In this document: piece after piece, positions 35,749 to 47,202 of the stretch
Layout: each line of letters opens with the position of its first letter
Position numbering within the stretch: the stretch's first letter is position 1
Assembly (NCBI GenBank): GCA_010909165.1
Contig: VJWM01000025.1
Span: 992,001-1,056,000, forward strand
DNA length: 64,000 nucleotides
Reading direction: 5' to 3'
Source of the DNA: Anthoceros angustus
Lineage: Eukaryota > Plantae > Anthocerotophyta
The notes under the pieces: model-generated
What the model was told of the DNA's origin: nothing
Database searches by the model: none
Seen by the model: only the letters and a program-made list of their open reading frames with translations
Program-made: the position numbers and the translations under genes

Positions 35749-38700
35749 ATGGAGAATGCTGAATGGTGGTCGCAGCAGGGGTCTCTGGAGGGGTGCAAAT
35801 GGGAGGAGCAGGAGGCGAAGAAGGCTGTTGATCGGGCCACCAAGTTCATGAAGGATGAGAAGTATCAGAAGGCCATATCTTTGCTGGAAAAGGCCGAACG
35901 GTTGTTCCCTGGTGTCAAAGGTCTGTCAGAGCTGATGGCCGTAGCAGAAGTTTGCTTGGCAGCTACATGGGAACAGTGCACATGCCAAGCAAGGCCTCAG
36001 AGCAAAACTCCGGACTGGTATCGTGTGCTCAAGGTCACCTTTACTACCCCGAGCCGAAACAATTCCTTTCCCTTCGAGCATATACTGTATTGGATGTGCA
36101 GCTGCTTATGTTGGGGCTAGTGAGAAACACGTGGACGTGTCTTGCAGGTGGATGAGAAGGCAGATACTAGCGTCATCAAGAAACGATACCGCCAGCTCGG
36201 TAAGCCTATCAAATCCTGCTTATTTGAGGTGTGGAGGAGCTTGACTTGAATTTTCTGGGCTAGGGCATCGTAGAGATTAAAGATATCTGAATCTTGTAGT
36301 GGTTTGGGATTCCCGTTGTGCAGTAGGTAGACTCGGGTGGTACTTTTCTGGGGAAGATTGTAGTGGTTGTGATGGAGGTAGGCGTTTGGATTTTGTCTGG
36401 TTTTCAGACCTAGACATAGGAAACAGTCCTGCCAAAATAGTACTTGGCACCCTGGTCGTGACTGATTTTCAGTATGATGAAGGCTTGTTGTGCTCGAGCA
36501 GAAGGTACTCATGATGTCCATGCACTATGTCATGTTACGATGTTCCAGCTCTGTTGCTGCATCCAGATAAGAATAAGCATGTCAAAGCTGAGGCAGCATT
36601 TAAGCTTGTTTCTGAGGTAAATCTGTGGTGAGCATGTATTTGATGGCCACTTGTTGCAATATGCCTGATTGTTGGATAGCTTCCGAACTGATGTTATGTT
36701 TAAAAAGTGTTGCTGACGTCGATGCTGGTTGGCAGGCATATGCATGCCTCTCGGACAAATACAAGCGTAATTTATACACACTCGGAAGGTCAAAGGCTAG
36801 GTGCAAGAGGTGTGTGCTGACCAGTCGTATGCAATCACCTACTCCATCGTTTGGCTACTTCCAGGAACATCAGCAGAAAGTGTCAGTTCAGCAGAAGCCG
36901 CAGGCACCAGCTATAGCAAAGCAAAGCCCTTCCGATTGGAAATCGGATGCTGAGAAGCTGCAAATGTTCCGGGAGAGGGCAAGGGCAAGGGTCTCTTCTC
37001 TGGAACACGCTTGGGATGCTAGGAATTCAAAATGGAACGCCCGAGAAAGGGCTAGAGGGGATCGAGGTTCCATTGAGACTTGCAGAGATCAGCGATCTGA
37101 TAAAACAGATTGCTTTTCAGACTTGAGACAACAGCTAGAACAGATGGAGAAAGACTCTAGACAGGGTATGCGTGACAATTTCAACTGGAGGGGTTCAGGT
37201 AGGCAATCCCAGACTGCAGAAGGGAAAACTGGAGATAGGACGTTCACTAACCTGAAGGAAATAGGAAGGCAGAAGAGGAAGGAGAAACCAAACGTCTCAC
37301 AGAGCTTGGATGATTTATTGAACATGTTGCGAGCAGAAAATTCAGCGTATGGAAGAAGGGACTATGTCGGCAGTCGAGTAGAATCTAGAAATGGGACGAA
37401 GGAAGACGCCATAACACCAAGGTATCGTGACAGTACTGTGGAGGCTGGATCGACTTCACATGTGGACCAACACGTCCGTTCGAATTGGTCCTCAGGCAAC
37501 GGAGAGGCTCATATTTCTGACAGTGCTGCGGCTGCTGATCTCCATGCTCGAGCCATCGACAAATTTTTGGCTGACCTGGTGCGCTCAGTGGACCGTGCGG
37601 CTATGGAAGAGGTCCCCGAGGAAGAGGGTATATCAACAACTGCGGAGGACCACTGCTTCCAGAGCAGAGATGCGTCGGACAAGAGTCAGCAATCCTCGGC
37701 GCATTCACCGACAGCGGAATTTGGCAGTTTTGCAACGGGGACTTCTCAATGGAACAGCAAGAGTCCTCGGAGTGGGGAAAGCGCCACAGAGTCCCCCAAG
37801 GCCGATGATATAGAGGATTGGAGCGGATCATACAAGCAAGAGTTTGAGGGGAACATGGCGTCTTTCTCCGAGGAAAATGTTTGTACATGCAATCTGGCAG
37901 GAGGAGAGCACTCGGAACCATTTGACTTCAACCCAGTTTGCTCCGAGCCCAATTTCTCAGACCCCTTTGAGAAGGAAGGAGATGATAATCTATTTGTGAG
38001 CAATCTAGGGGAATGCAGAATAAGAGATATTCTAGAGGATATGGACACCACGTTTGCAGCGAACACGGCTGCCACCTTCTCTGCAGAGGCAGAGTCACCA
38101 GCAATGGACATCCCTGTGGTGCAGGATGCTGCTGAAGCCGTTGCGGAGAGCCCGTTCCGGTTTGGGAGTTTTTCCAAGCTCGCAAAAGAAGATTCAACAG
38201 CTGCCAGCAGCTCTACCCCAACAACTTCCAGCACAGGTCGGGCACCAGAAACATGTGAGTTTATGGATGGAGGGGTCAGTAAGATCAGAATACCGAGTAT
38301 GCATGCTGCTTATGATGAGGTGACATCCAGACGTGTCTTGACTCCCTCACGTAGCCCTCTCTACTCAAAGCATCTTCAAGCTAGGACATGTGATGTATTC
38401 GATTTTCAGGCAGGTGTCCGACAACGGGAGAGTCAGTTTTGTAGATCACCTGGGGTCCAGACACCTGCCACAGGTCGTCTTTCGAAACCCCATCCTGCTA
38501 CTAGTCCACTGAATGGAGAGACTGAGATTGTAGATGCATTTCTCCAGAGTAATGAGTCAACTGGATTAAGAGAACCTTCACCAAGGTCTGCAGACGGCAG
38601 TCTGCATGTCACACAGGGAAGAAGTGAGAGGCTCCAGGAAAGTCCCTTGGAAGGCAAGACTGAGAGCCGGCAGGCCGGAAAGGATTCTTGGAACTCTTAC

Positions 38701-39008
38701 GACCTGGACCGCGAGCAGACAATCATGAGAGAGCACAAGGAGGTGTGTATTTGCCCTGTTCCTACTTCAGCCTTGATTTGCATCAAGGCAGAGTGTCGTC
38801 GTCCTCACCACCTCAAATTCAATTGTGTTTTGTGCAGAAGTCAGACCAGCTGCTTAAGACCTTGGAGCGCCTGAGAGAGGAAGCCAAGTCTGTGGCTGCG
38901 ACTCTAGACAACCTCAGGCGCACTGTGGGAACAGACACAGAAGTTGTCGGTAGCAGCAGCTATTTTGTAAACAGTTGCCATCCGGCAGCTCAAAGCCTGG
39001 TGGCCTAA
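35749..39008 (+). CDS. DnaJ/J-domain protein with long disordered C-terminal region and terminal coiled coil
   Basis: N-terminal helical EAKKAVDRATKF..AERLFPG; J-domain PDWYRVLK|VDEKAD..IKKRYRQL|LLLHPDKNKHVKAEAAFKLVSE|AYACLSD; last exon LLKTLERLREEAKSV ending at 39008. Confidence 0.88.
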
Positions 39009-39640
39009 TGTCCACGGTTCATTATCTCGCTGGCAAAAGTCGCCGGTCAACAATCAAACCCCTTGTGCCCATGTCCCTCGTCGTCTGCAAACTCGGCACC
39101 TTGGTTTCAGCTACACAAAAGCCGACGCACGAAGCAAACCAATTGTTGGCTTGTGAGAAGGAGAAGAAGTGGAAGACGTCTATTACAGTCCACTTGGACG
39201 GAATTTTCTGTCATGGGACTTGACAACTTGTTCCTTGTGTGGCCAAAGCTACTTGCACCAAGGCCATCCACTCCCTCGAGGCATCCTCTCTAAGTACCGA
39301 TCTAAAGTGCAGGATGCTTAACAGCCATGTTCTTATAAATGTGTACCCGTTCATACCCGTTGAAGTTGCACCTATCTACGACTTGAGCGACATTCAGATG
39401 AAATAATCTTTGAAAAAGAAGTTGCCCACCAAGCTGATACCACCTATCTTTTCTCCTAATAATCTTTAAATAAAAAAGAAGAAATTGGCTACCTAATACT
39501 AAACAATTTGTCTCTCGTCCTACAAAAATAAGCCACATGGAAGAAATGCGAAGCGCGGCCTCCACTAGATGCGGCAGAGCCTTATCATATCCTTTACTGA
39601 GCTGAACTCCGGTTACAGTACCCGAAACAAAGCTACGTCT

Positions 39641-40569
39641 TCACGGAGCAGAATTTTTTCTCTTCTTCTTCTTCTTCCTCTTCTTGTTAGTGTTGGCTTG
39701 CTCCTGGGCCTTCTCCGCTAGAGGGCAGAAGCTGTCGTCGGTGCTGGGATACAGATGGAAATGCCAAAGTCTGTGCACACCATCAACCCTGTTCTCTGCG
39801 CAAAGAAACTCCTCCGCAAAGGTCTTCTCCACAATACGGTCCACGTCGTGCAGCATGATATCAGTGTAGTTGCCGCCAGCAGTGGATGTCCTCTGCTTGG
39901 CCATAACTGCCATGGTGAAGATGGCACCCATCCTGCCGGGAGCCTCAGGGAAGTAGCCTCTGGGAGCGTCTATCATCACGACATCCCACTGCACGTCCTG
40001 CACACCCTCGGGGAGGTTGGTGATGGCCAACCTGCAGCGGGAGGAGGGAATGTGCTGCGACGGCCTGCAAGCCCCGCCCCTCTCCGCCCTGGAATGCTGC
40101 AGCAGGTCGCCGTTGTTCTGCAGCTGCGTGCTGTAGTTCATGTGATAGGCCTCCAGCCCCGGATGCCTTTGCTGCATCTCCGTCACCCAAGACGCCGTCT
40201 CCTCCAAGAACACGGTGCGACCGCCGTGGTTGAGCGTCTTCCACATCAAGGTGTCGTACCCCAACCCGAACACAAGAAAATTGCAGGGCGCCCGCGCCGC
40301 CAGAACCTTCTGCGTGATGAGAATCTCCTCCCTGCTCTGCTGCGGGATGTCCTTCGCCTTGGCGTAATGCACAATCGCCAGAGCAACATCTTCCGGCAGC
40401 CCGCCTCCTCTCCCCGGCCCCGCAAATCCGTGGTCCAGCACCAGGTCCCGCGCCATGCCCGATTGCCAAATGTTGGAGTACCACAGGACGAAGAAGAGGA
40501 ACACCCCCAGCAAACCGCCTACCAAGATCCGTCGCGACCTCGACGCCGTCTTGTGCAGTACCCCGCCAT
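39641..40569 (-). CDS. DUF579 polysaccharide O-methyltransferase (AGM/GXM-like), with apparent frameshift next to the start codon
   Basis: TM segment, PCNFLVFGLGYDTLMWKTLNHGGRTVFLEE, WDVVMIDAPRGYFPEAPGRMGAIF, HDVDRIVEKTFAEEFLC; the ATG at 40569 is out of frame by one base at a G run. Confidence 0.9.
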
Positions 40570-41774
40570 GTCCCGCGGTAGGGCACGGCGCACCAACGAC
40601 TCAACTGAAACACGGAATCCCCCCTCCTGCACCTCCGGCCTGTCCATCCCGGGTCGCCTCAGCACCGAAGCCGGCGGCCATACAACCTGCGCAAGCCCCG
40701 ACATACACACGTACATAACCGCCCTCGCTCGCATCCATCTCGATCGCACCCAGTACATCTTCCCACACACCGACAGCACACAAAAGAACGCATCTCATGG
40801 CACGCACCACCTCACCTCGGGAGCACAGAATTGCAAAACGCAATCGCACGTGCTGTGTTGGAAGGTTCCAGGTCGGGACTCAGGCGCCGCCTCCAACGCG
40901 CCAAATCGCAATCGCGTTCCCTTCCCCTGATGCACAGGCAGGACCACCGATTCAACATTCACTCTCCACACCCCCAGGACACCGGGCCACCCACGTTTCC
41001 TGCTTCCCACCCAGCCAGCGCTTCAACAGCTTGCGAAGCTTCGGCTTCCACCCAGCCCTTTCGCCTCTCTAACGTTCCAGTTGCGACATTGCAACAGAGA
41101 TCGGCTATCCAACATCCCCGTGCCGCAGGAGGAACACTGGCGCAACTCTTCCTTTCCAAGAAAGGAAGAGTATCCTTTCCATCTGCGACAAATCCCCAAA
41201 CAGTGCCGCAACTCGAATCATTTTCCAAGAAAGGAAGAAAAGGAAGAGTTTGCTCAAACTCACAGCCGCCGGTCACCGCCCGTACGAATTCAAGCCGTCG
41301 TTTTGCCGCGTGCACCGCTCGCGGCCATGGCGGCCGATCCCTCCTGCCGTGTGCTCCTCCCTTGAAGCTTGCGACTGTGAGCCGTCTGCACATCAACTTG
41401 CACCTGAATCCCTTCCACACTGTGGAAGAAAGCTCTGTTGCAAACGAGACAGGCCGAGTTCGGATCAGTTGAAGGAAGCTGCCACTCATTGTAGCAAAGT
41501 GACAGATCTGATCACTCCCATCTGTGTTGCAAGGCACAATTCCCGAATGCTGCGTCGATCGAGGATTGCAAAGCGGCGGAAGAGGGGAAGGTTTAAGAGA
41601 TGGAGAGGATGGACAGAAGAGGAGGGGGTTTCAGAGATTCGGGAGGCTGCTATTCACCGATGCCGGAAAGAGCATCTCGTGCACCGCCCTAATATGACAC
41701 AGCACGTAGATAAATAGCGTCCGGGATAGCAAACTGTCAGTCCAGGTCTGCATGCCGTGGTGATGAGAGTTGCG

Positions 41775-43214
41775 ATGGCGGAGCCGAGCAGCGGCGGGAA
41801 GAAGCGGAAGGCAGCAGAGGTTGATGAGGTGGCGTGGTGTCGGCTACCGGATGATCTGCAGGCGCAGGTGCTGCTATGTCTGCCCATGCGGGACCTGCTG
41901 CGAGCTGCCGCCGTCTGCTCGCGCTGGCGCAGCATCACCAAGGCACCTGCATTCCGCGCCTCCTGGTCGCAGATGGCGCGGCACAGGGAGACTTTCTACC
42001 TGCCCTACCTGGCCTCGGCGTCTCCGCCGACTGTCTGTCTGGCATTCAGCCCTGCGGAGCAGCGCTGGCTATCCATGCCGGATCTCACCTTCCTCTATCC
42101 CTCTGTCAGCTTCTTCTGCACCTCCACTGGTAGGGTTTGTCGTCTCTTGTTGTTGTTGTTGTTGGTTGTTTTGTCCTGAGCTGAGCTTGAGCTTGAGCTT
42201 GAGCTGCCGCAAGACCACGTGTTTCATTCTCGCACTTGTCTCTTGTCTGTGTTTTGATCCGGTTCCCCATGGTGATCAGGCGTGTTCGAGTCCATTCATC
42301 GAGGCCTCTTCTGCAAGTGGAACTACCTCAAGATGAGTCCTGCTCTGGTGGTGTGCAATCCTGTCACCAGGCAATGCCGCACGCTGCCTCCTCTGGAGGC
42401 GGAGAGGAATCACAAAGCGGAGTACTGCTCCACGCACCTGCGCGTGGCCGAGGATGGTAATTCCTTCACAGTCATTGTGGTGAAGAGTTGTGGAGACACC
42501 CTCCAGGTGTGGAATTTCGATTCGGTTTCCAATGCTTGGACGCTCTGGTTCTGCTCCTCCTCCGAAGGCCTCTCCTTGATCAACTATGCCAACAGTGTCT
42601 ATCGAGACGGCGTCATCTATATCGTCGGACGAAATACGAACCCGGAGTGCGCACCATAGCTGGCCCTGTTTGCTTCTCTCCCGATCCATTTCTGTTCCAG
42701 CAGATGGGTTTGCTGACCGGGTTCCTCGTGCAGGAATGACGACTGCCCGAACTACTGCCTGTTTTCCTACAACGTGCAAGCCCGTGCGTGGAACAAGGTC
42801 TGCGAGCTCCCTGACGACGAGAAGCTCCCCATGTTGGTGGAGTGTGCATCTGGGATAATGGTGGTCACTTCCAATACCTTGGTTTACCGCAAGGGCCTGA
42901 CTGTTTACAATCTCGACTCTTGCTCCGGCCAGCTGAATGAGATTGCGCAGATGCCTGATGAGTTCGACCAGTTCTGGAAGTGCTTTCACTCCGAGTACCA
43001 AATGTGCTTCCTACATCCTGTGGGCTTGGGAGACCTGATCTGCTTCCCCACTCATTCGTCCAAGCAGGCTTTGATCTTTAACACCTCGTTAGATACGTGG
43101 AGCTATTGGCCAAGCGGGCCATTTAATTGGCCTGACAGGCCTCAAGATCGGCAGAATTCTGCTCTTATTCCCCCCCTGTGGTTTCCGGTAAGCTTAAGCT
43201 TTTTGAAGCCCTGA
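41775..43214 (+). CDS. F-box protein with kelch/FBA-like C-terminus (3 exons)
   Basis: WCRLPDDLQAQVLLCLPMRDLLRAAAVCSRWRSI, LVVCNPVTRQCRTLPPL, YNVQARAWNKV, LVECASGIMVV; introns ~42131-42280 and ~42648-42732. Confidence 0.88.
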
Positions 43215-43265
43215 GTTTCTTCAGACACCATATCTTAACCATTTCCTCACAAGAAGGATGCCTTT

Positions 43266-44939
43266 TTAAGGTGAAAGGGTAATCCACTCCTGAGGTTTTT
43301 TCCTTTTCCTTCCCTTGTATGCTGCAGCATAAGTTGAGTGAACATATGGGGAGTTCGACAGTTCCCGAGGGATGGGGGATTTGGATGCCCGAAGAATATC
43401 GATCAGACCTCTGAACAGAGCCCTGTCGTCGTTGTTGATGAACGCAAATGCTGAACCAGGCTTATTCATGCGAGAAGCCCTGCCTATCTGGTGTACATAA
43501 TCTTCAAGAGAATGGGGCATGTCGAACACTATAACCTGACTGACCCGGAGAAGATCCAGACCACGGCCAAGCACTCCTGTGGCTATCACCAAAGGTATCT
43601 CACCTTCCAGAAACGAGGCGAGACTCTTCCTCCTCTCCTGCGTCGACTTCTCCCCGTGAACAGCAGCAGTTTTCAGGCCGGTGACTGCCTGCACCGACTC
43701 TGCCAGGAGCTCTGCCCCCGGCCTGCTGTTCACGAACACCACAGCTGGAGGCATGAAGTGCTTGGAGCTGGCGAGAATTTCAAACAGCTTCTTCTTCTTC
43801 TGATTGGATTCCACCCAGATGATGGTCTGCTTCACAGCGCTAGTTGGCAGACCAGGGTTCCCCACAGAGACTACTAGGGGACATTTCAGCAGCCTCTGTG
43901 AGAGCATTGCAATGGCTTGAGGTACCGTGGCCGAGAACATGAGAATTTGAGGCTGAGACAATGCAAGCATCAGCTGCGTGACTTGTTCAAGAAAGCCCTG
44001 TTCCAGCATGCAATCCACTTCATCCAGCACAAGCATGCAGATGTCCTCCAGTTCCACCGGATGCTTGGTTAGAAGATCGATGAGTCTCCCAGGTGTGCCG
44101 ACTACCAGCTCCACCCCGTTCTCGATCCTGTACACCTGCTGAGGCAGAGCATCTCCTCCCACAACCAGAGCTGTTTTGAAGCGCAGACCCTTCGCCAACA
44201 CCTTGGCTTGCTCTTCCACCTGCCCGCACAGCTCTCTAGTCGGCGTAAGCACCAGAGCCAAAGGCCTATTATCGTGGTGAGACAGCTTCTGCGTGCGGAT
44301 CCTGCAGCTTCTCTCAATAATCGGCAGCAAGTACGATAATGTCTTCCCTGATCCAGTTGCCGCAGATACCAGCAAGTCTCGCCCAAGCAAAGCCGCAGGG
44401 ATAGTCTGCATCTGCACAGGTGTCGGACTCTCGTATCCCGCCCTTTCCAGGTTCGCCTGAAGCCGCGGCAGAAACCTGCAGTCGCAGAAAGCCAGAACAG
44501 GGGCCGGGACATCACTCCCTTGCACATGGATGTCCCCTGCTTTCCTGAGCGAGTTGGCCTGCTCTTCATTCACTTGATTGCGCAATTCAGGCTGCCATCG
44601 TAACTGCGCTGCCCCGATCGGTGCTGGGCCGGCCTGATCTTTAACCCTAACGCACTCGTCAGGAAGCACAATTCTCCGCCCCGCCAAACAGGACCGCAGC
44701 TCAGAGCCAGAACCGGAGACACGAGGCACAGGCACAGGCACAAGCGGATTCTCGGCTGGCGCAGCCGAGGATTCTTTCCGCAACCGCAGAACCACCGCCT
44801 TGCACTCCAAGCTGCAAACGTCATCATCCGTCTCATCACAGATGTACTCCCCATACCGCTGGCAGACAACACAGCAAGGCTCCCCTGGCGCTGGACTCCT
44901 TTGATCGGCGCTCCTTGCAACGACGCCATCTGCAGCCAA
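43266..44939 (-). CDS. RH41: DEAD-box RNA helicase with zf-HIT (DDX59/RH41-like), intronless, 557 aa
   Basis: CVVCQRYGEYICDETDDDVCSLECK, PTPVQMQ, AATGSGKT, PTREL, LDEVD, FSAT, HRIGR-equivalent HQIGRASR. Confidence 0.93.
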   Translation of the reverse strand: MAADGVVARSADQRSPAPGEPCCVVCQRYGEYICDETDDDVCSLECKAVVLRLRKESSAAPAENPLVPVPVPRVSGSGSELRSCLAGRRIVLPDECVRVKDQAGPAPIGAAQLRWQPELRNQVNEEQANSLRKAGDIHVQGSDVPAPVLAFCDCRFLPRLQANLERAGYESPTPVQMQTIPAALLGRDLLVSAATGSGKTLSYLLPIIERSCRIRTQKLSHHDNRPLALVLTPTRELCGQVEEQAKVLAKGLRFKTALVVGGDALPQQVYRIENGVELVVGTPGRLIDLLTKHPVELEDICMLVLDEVDCMLEQGFLEQVTQLMLALSQPQILMFSATVPQAIAMLSQRLLKCPLVVSVGNPGLPTSAVKQTIIWVESNQKKKKLFEILASSKHFMPPAVVFVNSRPGAELLAESVQAVTGLKTAAVHGEKSTQERRKSLASFLEGEIPLVIATGVLGRGLDLLRVSQVIVFDMPHSLEDYVHQIGRASRMNKPGSAFAFINNDDRALFRGLIDILRASKSPIPRELSNSPYVHSTYAAAYKGRKRKKPQEWITLSP

Positions 44940-45271
44940 GGCGCAAGCGCGGCTTCAGGCTCGGCAAGGCAGGAAATCGCTCCCGCCATAGCCAGCAAAG
45001 TCGGGAAACGGAGAGCCAAACCAACCAACCTGACGAAGCGCTTGAAAGCATCGCGCGCCAGTCTAGCCGCACAATCGTTTTAGGGCTTCTTCACGCTCTC
45101 CGCTCTCAGAAATAGTCTAAGAGCATGTCTTCATGAAGCATTCACGTACTACCTAGTCTAGATATGTGACCCTCGAAGCTGTCCTATGGTGCATGTGTAG
45201 GTGAGGGAGGCCTTGAGGTGCAAGACCTTGTGCTAGTAGTACAATAAAATCGCACGCAGGGTGATGTATCA

Positions 45272-46796
45272 ATGGCGTGGCCCTTAGTAACGAAGGGCGT
45301 GGGAGGAAGACCTTCTAGAATAGGTTGCCTCAGTCTTGTAGTAGCTTTGGCCTTGTCAGCTATATGTCTGCTGCAGGTCATGGAATTCTACTGGAGAAGA
45401 AGTAACTCCAATGGGAACTCCTTTTGGAACGGGGAGAGCAGGAGGTCAGAGTTCGGCATCCTTGGAGTGCCTTGGTGTAGGTCTCTCTCTCCCCTTCTCG
45501 GAAGCTTCCTGATTTGCTCCATTTCCGGGTTAAGCACGCTATCAGGGCGGGGCTTGCTGATTTTGCAGGACCAAGCGAGGGCTGCAAGTGGAGTGGACCA
45601 GAGAGGATCTGTTGCACAGTCTCAGCACGTTTGTTGCTTTGTACCAGAAGCGTCCTGTGAGGAGCAATGTCCATGGCATGCAATTCGACCACTCTTTCGG
45701 GCTTTGGTTCATGGCATCTTGGCTCAAGCCTGACCTCATCATAGAGAGTGGTGCATTTAAAGGACATTCCACATGGGTTCTCCGACAGGTATGTTATGTT
45801 GTGACTGGAAAGATGTAGTGTGGCCTCTTCAAGATGTCACTGTGATGGGGATGGTCATCAAGAAGTTGACATACTGGGACTCCAGGCCAGACCAAATGTG
45901 CCCATCGTTACCATTAGCCCTGTTCATCCGCGGAAGTATGCGAAGAAGGGAGATGGATATGTGGACTCCAACTGTCACTATTATGCTGGCTCGAAATTTG
46001 TGGATTTCGGGAGAATGGATTGGGATATGGTGTTGAAGGAATATAAAATCCAAGACAAAGGGAAGGTGCTTGCCTTTTTCGACGACCACCAGAGCGAATT
46101 GAGAAGGTGTTGTTCTTCACGTTTGTATCTTTGCTGGAGAGAGGCCACTGTCTAAGCCAGCTCACCCGCTCAATATCTTGGCATAGTTCAGAGTGAAGGA
46201 AGCACTCGCTGCAGGGTTTCAGCACCTCGTGTTCGAAGACAACTATGATACTGGGACAGGCGACCATTATTCTCTTCGCCAGATTTGTGACCAGTTCAAC
46301 ATCAAAGGTAAAATGGACGTTTTTGTAACATTGTTTCTAGCGTTGCATCCACGTTGTATATCGAGGCTGGTGTTTCTGTGCACCAGGCGTAGGGCACAAC
46401 TGCCATACAGATGGTGATGAAGCACGCCTACGAGCTACAAGGACTGCGACATGGGAGAAAGCAGTGGAGATCAAGGAGCTGTGTGGAGCAGGGGATGCAT
46501 GGTGGGGAGTCAAGGGTGAGATGAGGGATAATTTCAATCACGTTTCTTCTCCTATATCAGCAGCCCAGCATCGCCAGAATTCCCAGTTTTTGGAGTCAGT
46601 GCTGGACTTGTACTGGGAGCTTCCTCCCGTGGCTGGCCCATCTTTGACCATGCAGACTAGGTATGACCCTGCAAGGACCAGTTTGCCCCTCATTGAGAAC
46701 CAGGACATGCCGTCATTCCGACGGCATGGCCTCACCGCACTCAATCTTTCAGTTTTCAACGGCTACACACAGATGGCTTACATCAGGATATCCTAA
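45272..46796 (+). CDS. Conserved plant type-II membrane protein with SAM-methyltransferase-like motif, function unknown (multi-exon)
   Basis: N-terminal TM; YQKRPVRSNVHGMQFDHSFGLWF..KPDLIIESGAFKGHSTWVLRQ; AFFDDHQ; LVFEDNYDTGTGDHYSLRQIC; GT-AG introns. Confidence 0.8.
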
Positions 46797-47202
46797 AGTC
46801 CTTTCGTCATTTGCATCAGTTTGTACATGGAGCTTTGAAGGATTTCCGTGTCATCAGAAACATGTCTTTAAGACTTCAGGCGTGAAGAGATCAGGCTTGA
46901 GTCGAAGCCAACCTGGTTGGTGATACTTAAAGATTCTCGTCATACACCAGTTGACAGCAGAATGAACCTTGCTCTTTGAAATTGGGGAGGAAATATGAGC
47001 ATGTTACAGAACTTGAGGGAGGAAGTAAGGGGATGATACAGAAAATTCGGTAATGAGAATTCCCCGTAACGTATCACCACATTTCCTGGAGAAGAATATA
47101 CTCATCAGAAATTGTTCTAGCGTCTGGCAATAATCCTCGAGTCTGAGAACTCTAGTTAGCACTATACATGCACCAAAAGTGCTGACAACTTGAAAGTACA
47201 AA

